NCBI GenBank assembly: GCA_964611355.1
Contig: CAZSYD010000019.1
Location: 1-38,849 of the forward strand
Source of the DNA: an uncultured Ignavibacteriales bacterium
Lineage (GTDB): Bacteria; Zixibacteria; MSB-5A5; GN15; JAAZOE01
Reading direction: 5' to 3'
Length of the DNA stretch: 38,849 nucleotides
In this document: piece after piece, positions 36,525 to 38,849 of the stretch
How the letters are laid out: every line of letters starts with the position of its first letter
Numbering within the stretch: the first letter of the stretch is position 1
Notes under the pieces: model-generated
What the model was told of the DNA's origin: nothing
Databases searched by the model: none
Seen by the model: the letters and a program-made list of their open reading frames with translations, nothing else
Made by a program: the position numbers and the translations under genes

Positions 36525-37943
36525 TTAAAAATGCCCGGTAAAGGTGGCTTTGAACTCGTGCGCCTTTCGTTTTAATTTCTGCTCGGAGTAAAGGCTGCCG
36601 TTATTGATATGAGAAACCACAAGTTCCGCGCCGGTTGAATATCGATAGCCAAAATCAAACTCGATTTGCGACCAGTGTATTCCGGTTCCAAAGCTTATAC
36701 CTACCGAGTTCTGCCGATCCGAGGCGGTATATGTAGTTACAATACTATCGGTCGGGTTTCCCTCCCCGTCAAGAACCGTTTGATTGGCAATCTCAAATGT
36801 CTTGGGTTGAGGTAATTGATCGAACCGGAAACCGCCCCTGAGCGGCACGCACCCAAATTTGGTATCAAGCAGGTACTCTATACCTGTACCTATCCCCAAA
36901 GAATTATTCCAATCAATGGGGAACTCGATATAGTAATCGGTACGATCGCCGCCGGCGTCGATGAAATACGATTCCCGCAAATACCATTTGATGTCTTTAT
37001 AACGCCGATAATTGATATCCAAGGTCAGGTTCAGTTTTTCATTGGGGAAGACTGCTATTCCAAAAGCAAGTGTCAGCGGCATATCCTGCTTGGCGATACT
37101 ATCGGTGACCAAAATCTTTTTTGACAGGTAAGTGTCCAGGTTTCCTTTGGCCGTGACAACCGTATCCGATAACTGGTCGGTGGAGTGTTTAATAGCAAAG
37201 GGCGTATTCACGACCGCGCCGATTCCGAGTTTCTCAAGCTTGTACATCATGCCAACGGCAAAATTGACGCCATTGCTGGCAGTGGAATCGATCCTGGTCA
37301 CAGTTCGGAACATGGGCAGGAATATCGGGGGCATTTCACAAAGCGTGCTGTCCCATGTGGAATTATGGACTTCTTTGTAACACCGGCGACCATCATAGAC
37401 ATTGGTCGTGAACCCCACCGATAGCTGCTTATACAACCGAGTGGTAAAACCAACGTTAAAGGTCTTTAGATGCCCCTGGTCGATAACGAAAATATCCGGG
37501 TTTAACTCGCTGTTTCCGCCTGAGAATAAATCCGCTTCGGTGGTGTACTGATTGTTCCTGTTGTAATTAAAACTGAACACCCAGGGATGCCCCTTGATTC
37601 GCAACGGGGTGGCAAATGAGAAGCTTCCCAGCGCCTTGACGTTCAATTTATTCTCGGTGACGACGGGGGTCAGAGAATACGTAAACTCGCCGTTGGGCGC
37701 ATAGTAAAGGTACGTTGCCGCCATGACCGGGTTCTCAATTACCCAGATACCGGCCGGATTCCAAGTGCCGCCGGAGATGTCGTCAGCCAGGCCGACAAAA
37801 GCATTACCCATGGCAAAAGCTCTGGCTCCGGCTCCATAATAATTGTAACTTACTTCGCTCAAGGCAGGGTACACATTCTGTCCGAACACAGGGGTCGATA
37901 AAAGCAGTATTGTCAACCCTGTAAGACCTACCAGCGTTTTCAT
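36525..37943 (-). CDS. OmpP1/FadL/PorV-superfamily outer-membrane barrel (472 aa)
   Basis: Signal peptide; GAGARAFAMGNAFVGLADDISGGTWNPAG; C-terminal FKATFTGHF. Confidence 0.85.
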   Translation of the reverse strand: MKTLVGLTGLTILLLSTPVFGQNVYPALSEVSYNYYGAGARAFAMGNAFVGLADDISGGTWNPAGIWVIENPVMAATYLYYAPNGEFTYSLTPVVTENKLNVKALGSFSFATPLRIKGHPWVFSFNYNRNNQYTTEADLFSGGNSELNPDIFVIDQGHLKTFNVGFTTRLYKQLSVGFTTNVYDGRRCYKEVHNSTWDSTLCEMPPIFLPMFRTVTRIDSTASNGVNFAVGMMYKLEKLGIGAVVNTPFAIKHSTDQLSDTVVTAKGNLDTYLSKKILVTDSIAKQDMPLTLAFGIAVFPNEKLNLTLDINYRRYKDIKWYLRESYFIDAGGDRTDYYIEFPIDWNNSLGIGTGIEYLLDTKFGCVPLRGGFRFDQLPQPKTFEIANQTVLDGEGNPTDSIVTTYTASDRQNSVGISFGTGIHWSQIEFDFGYRYSTGAELVVSHINNGSLYSEQKLKRKAHEFKATFTGHF

Positions 37944-38013
37944 ACGGGCATCTCCCTATAACTTATCCAAATATATTTCTACCGCGTACTAATTAAAGCC
38001 TCAACAAGTCGAG

Positions 38014-38042
38014 AATATAACAATTTCCAAATTACCTGTCAA
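38014..38042 (-). promoter_or_regulatory. sigma70 promoter for the FadL-like gene
   Basis: TTGACA-N17-TATATT with an extended -10 TG. Confidence 0.75.
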
Positions 38043-38280
38043 ACTGTTTTCCAGGCCTTTTTCGCCAACCGTATGGCCGTCGGCCCCAAAAGCCGATATA
38101 CTCAGACCGGCCTGTATCAAGACGGATAAAGACGCCCGAATGTGAAAATAATTCGAAAGCCATATGAAAGTAAGATTGGAATTAAAAGACGCCTATAGGC
38201 GGTCGGGCACGGCACGGCACAGGTTTTTATAAAAATCGCCCGGCTGCCGGCCGCAAATCTATACCCGGCGGCCTGAGAAA

Positions 38281-38538
38281 TCAAATACCGGCGGCAATAT
38301 GGACTATACCGGCAACGATCAGGACTATAGCAATAATCGGAATCGCCAAAACCACCAATCCGCCGAAGATACCGGCCACGGCGCCAAAAAGCCCGGCGGC
38401 TATACCGAACAAGGCTCCAAAAACGCCAGCTGCCACTCCTATCATGCCACCGAGAATACCGAAGAAGATTCCAAATCCGCCGGAACCCAGAAAGCCGAGC
38501 ACGAAAATTACGGCTATTACGATAAGAAATGTCTTCAC
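38281..38538 (-). CDS. Small Gly-rich hydrophobic membrane protein (85 aa)
   Basis: GTG start with GGGAG SD; almost fully hydrophobic with repeated GxxxG. Confidence 0.75.
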   Translation of the reverse strand: MKTFLIVIAVIFVLGFLGSGGFGIFFGILGGMIGVAAGVFGALFGIAAGLFGAVAGIFGGLVVLAIPIIAIVLIVAGIVHIAAGI

Positions 38539-38600
38539 CGGTTCACTCCCTCACTTTTACACGGCTCAATACAAGATATAAATATCTGCCAGGTTTTCAA

Positions 38601-38625
38601 TACGGAAATTCGGAATGGAAGTTGC
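38601..38625 (-). promoter_or_regulatory. ECF sigma-type promoter candidate
   Basis: GCAAC-N16-CGTA about 60 bp upstream of the Gly-rich gene. Confidence 0.45.
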
Positions 38626-38765
38626 GTTGATTTCGCACGGGAATCCATTTCTTGAGCCTGAACAATAGCCGTGGGATAACCTGGCGTGGGAAACATGACC
38701 AGTTCGGTCTTGATAGATTGCAGGCCCTTCTCATGGGCCTCGCTGAGTAGACGGTGATTTGCCGT

Positions 38766-38849
38766 CTATTCCTTCCCCTTGCCAAACAGCCAATTAAACT
38801 CGAAACTGAACTCCGGGCCGCTGTAGTTCTTACTGCCGCCGATCGGTTC
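38766..38849 (-). CDS. 3' end of a gene running off the right edge, possibly an OM beta-barrel
   Basis: EPIGGSKNYSGPEFSFEFNWLFGKGKE* has an alternating aromatic strand; a hairpin TAGACGG-N7-CCGTCTA (38748-38768) overlaps the stop. Confidence 0.5.
   Translation of the reverse strand, partial: EPIGGSKNYSGPEFSFEFNWLFGKGKE

Noticed and set aside
38205..38220. GGCAC repeated three times, as a sigma54 site or repeat array
   Set aside because: No TTGC at the required spacing, and it is too short to be an array.
38535..38768. TAG readthrough (pyrrolysine or recoding): the frame stays open for 76 codons after the TAG and ends overlapping the next GTG
   Set aside because: TAG is a clear stop for dnaK, prsK, the PorV-like gene and the TPR gene; no pyl genes are in the window; the upstream peptide looks like a natural C-terminus followed by a hairpin.
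1..38849. CRISPR arrays, tRNAs, transposases, integrases, prophage or defence genes
   Set aside because: No repeat-spacer periodicity, tRNA-like sequence or relevant protein motifs were found by eye.

Overview
Window from a diderm (LPS-producing) bacterium, probably a scaffolded metagenome bin, with one 100-N gap at 4327-4426. The gene content (PorV-like, PEGA/DUF5683 and GH57 proteins, peptidase-Omp85) is compatible with an FCB-associated candidate lineage such as Zixibacteria, but that is inference only. Almost all genes lie on the minus strand, co-oriented with the 5' part of a 16S rRNA gene at the left edge. Left to right: 16S (partial, with two sigma70 promoters and boxB/boxA); trkH-trkA; the 3' tail of a PEP-CTERM protein emerging from the gap (absent from the ORF track); dnaJ-dnaK preceded by an hsp20 relic and a sigma54-type promoter with palindromic upstream sites; HEAT protein, BamB-like lipoprotein and a metallopeptidase-PD40-Omp85 protein; amrS; a GT9 heptosyltransferase-GmhB fusion; uppP; a small OM barrel; a LeuT-like NSS transporter with a 36-aa MetS-like subunit (absent from the ORF track); orphan sbcD; an NtrC-like activator; prsR-prsK; membrane, FN3-lipoprotein and PEGA genes; a priming sugar transferase and a PorV-like barrel, each with a sigma54 promoter; GH57; a TPR protein; a FadL/PorV-like barrel; a small Gly-rich membrane protein. 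The most notable signals are (i) a variant PEP-CTERM/PrsK-PrsR surface-glycan locus containing T9SS-like (PorV) components, with no exosortase or prsT in the window, (ii) a POTRA-less protease-Omp85 coupled to its own BamB-like lipoprotein, and (iii) sigma54 and sigma28-like promoter motifs. All calls come from manual motif reading; no database searches were run.
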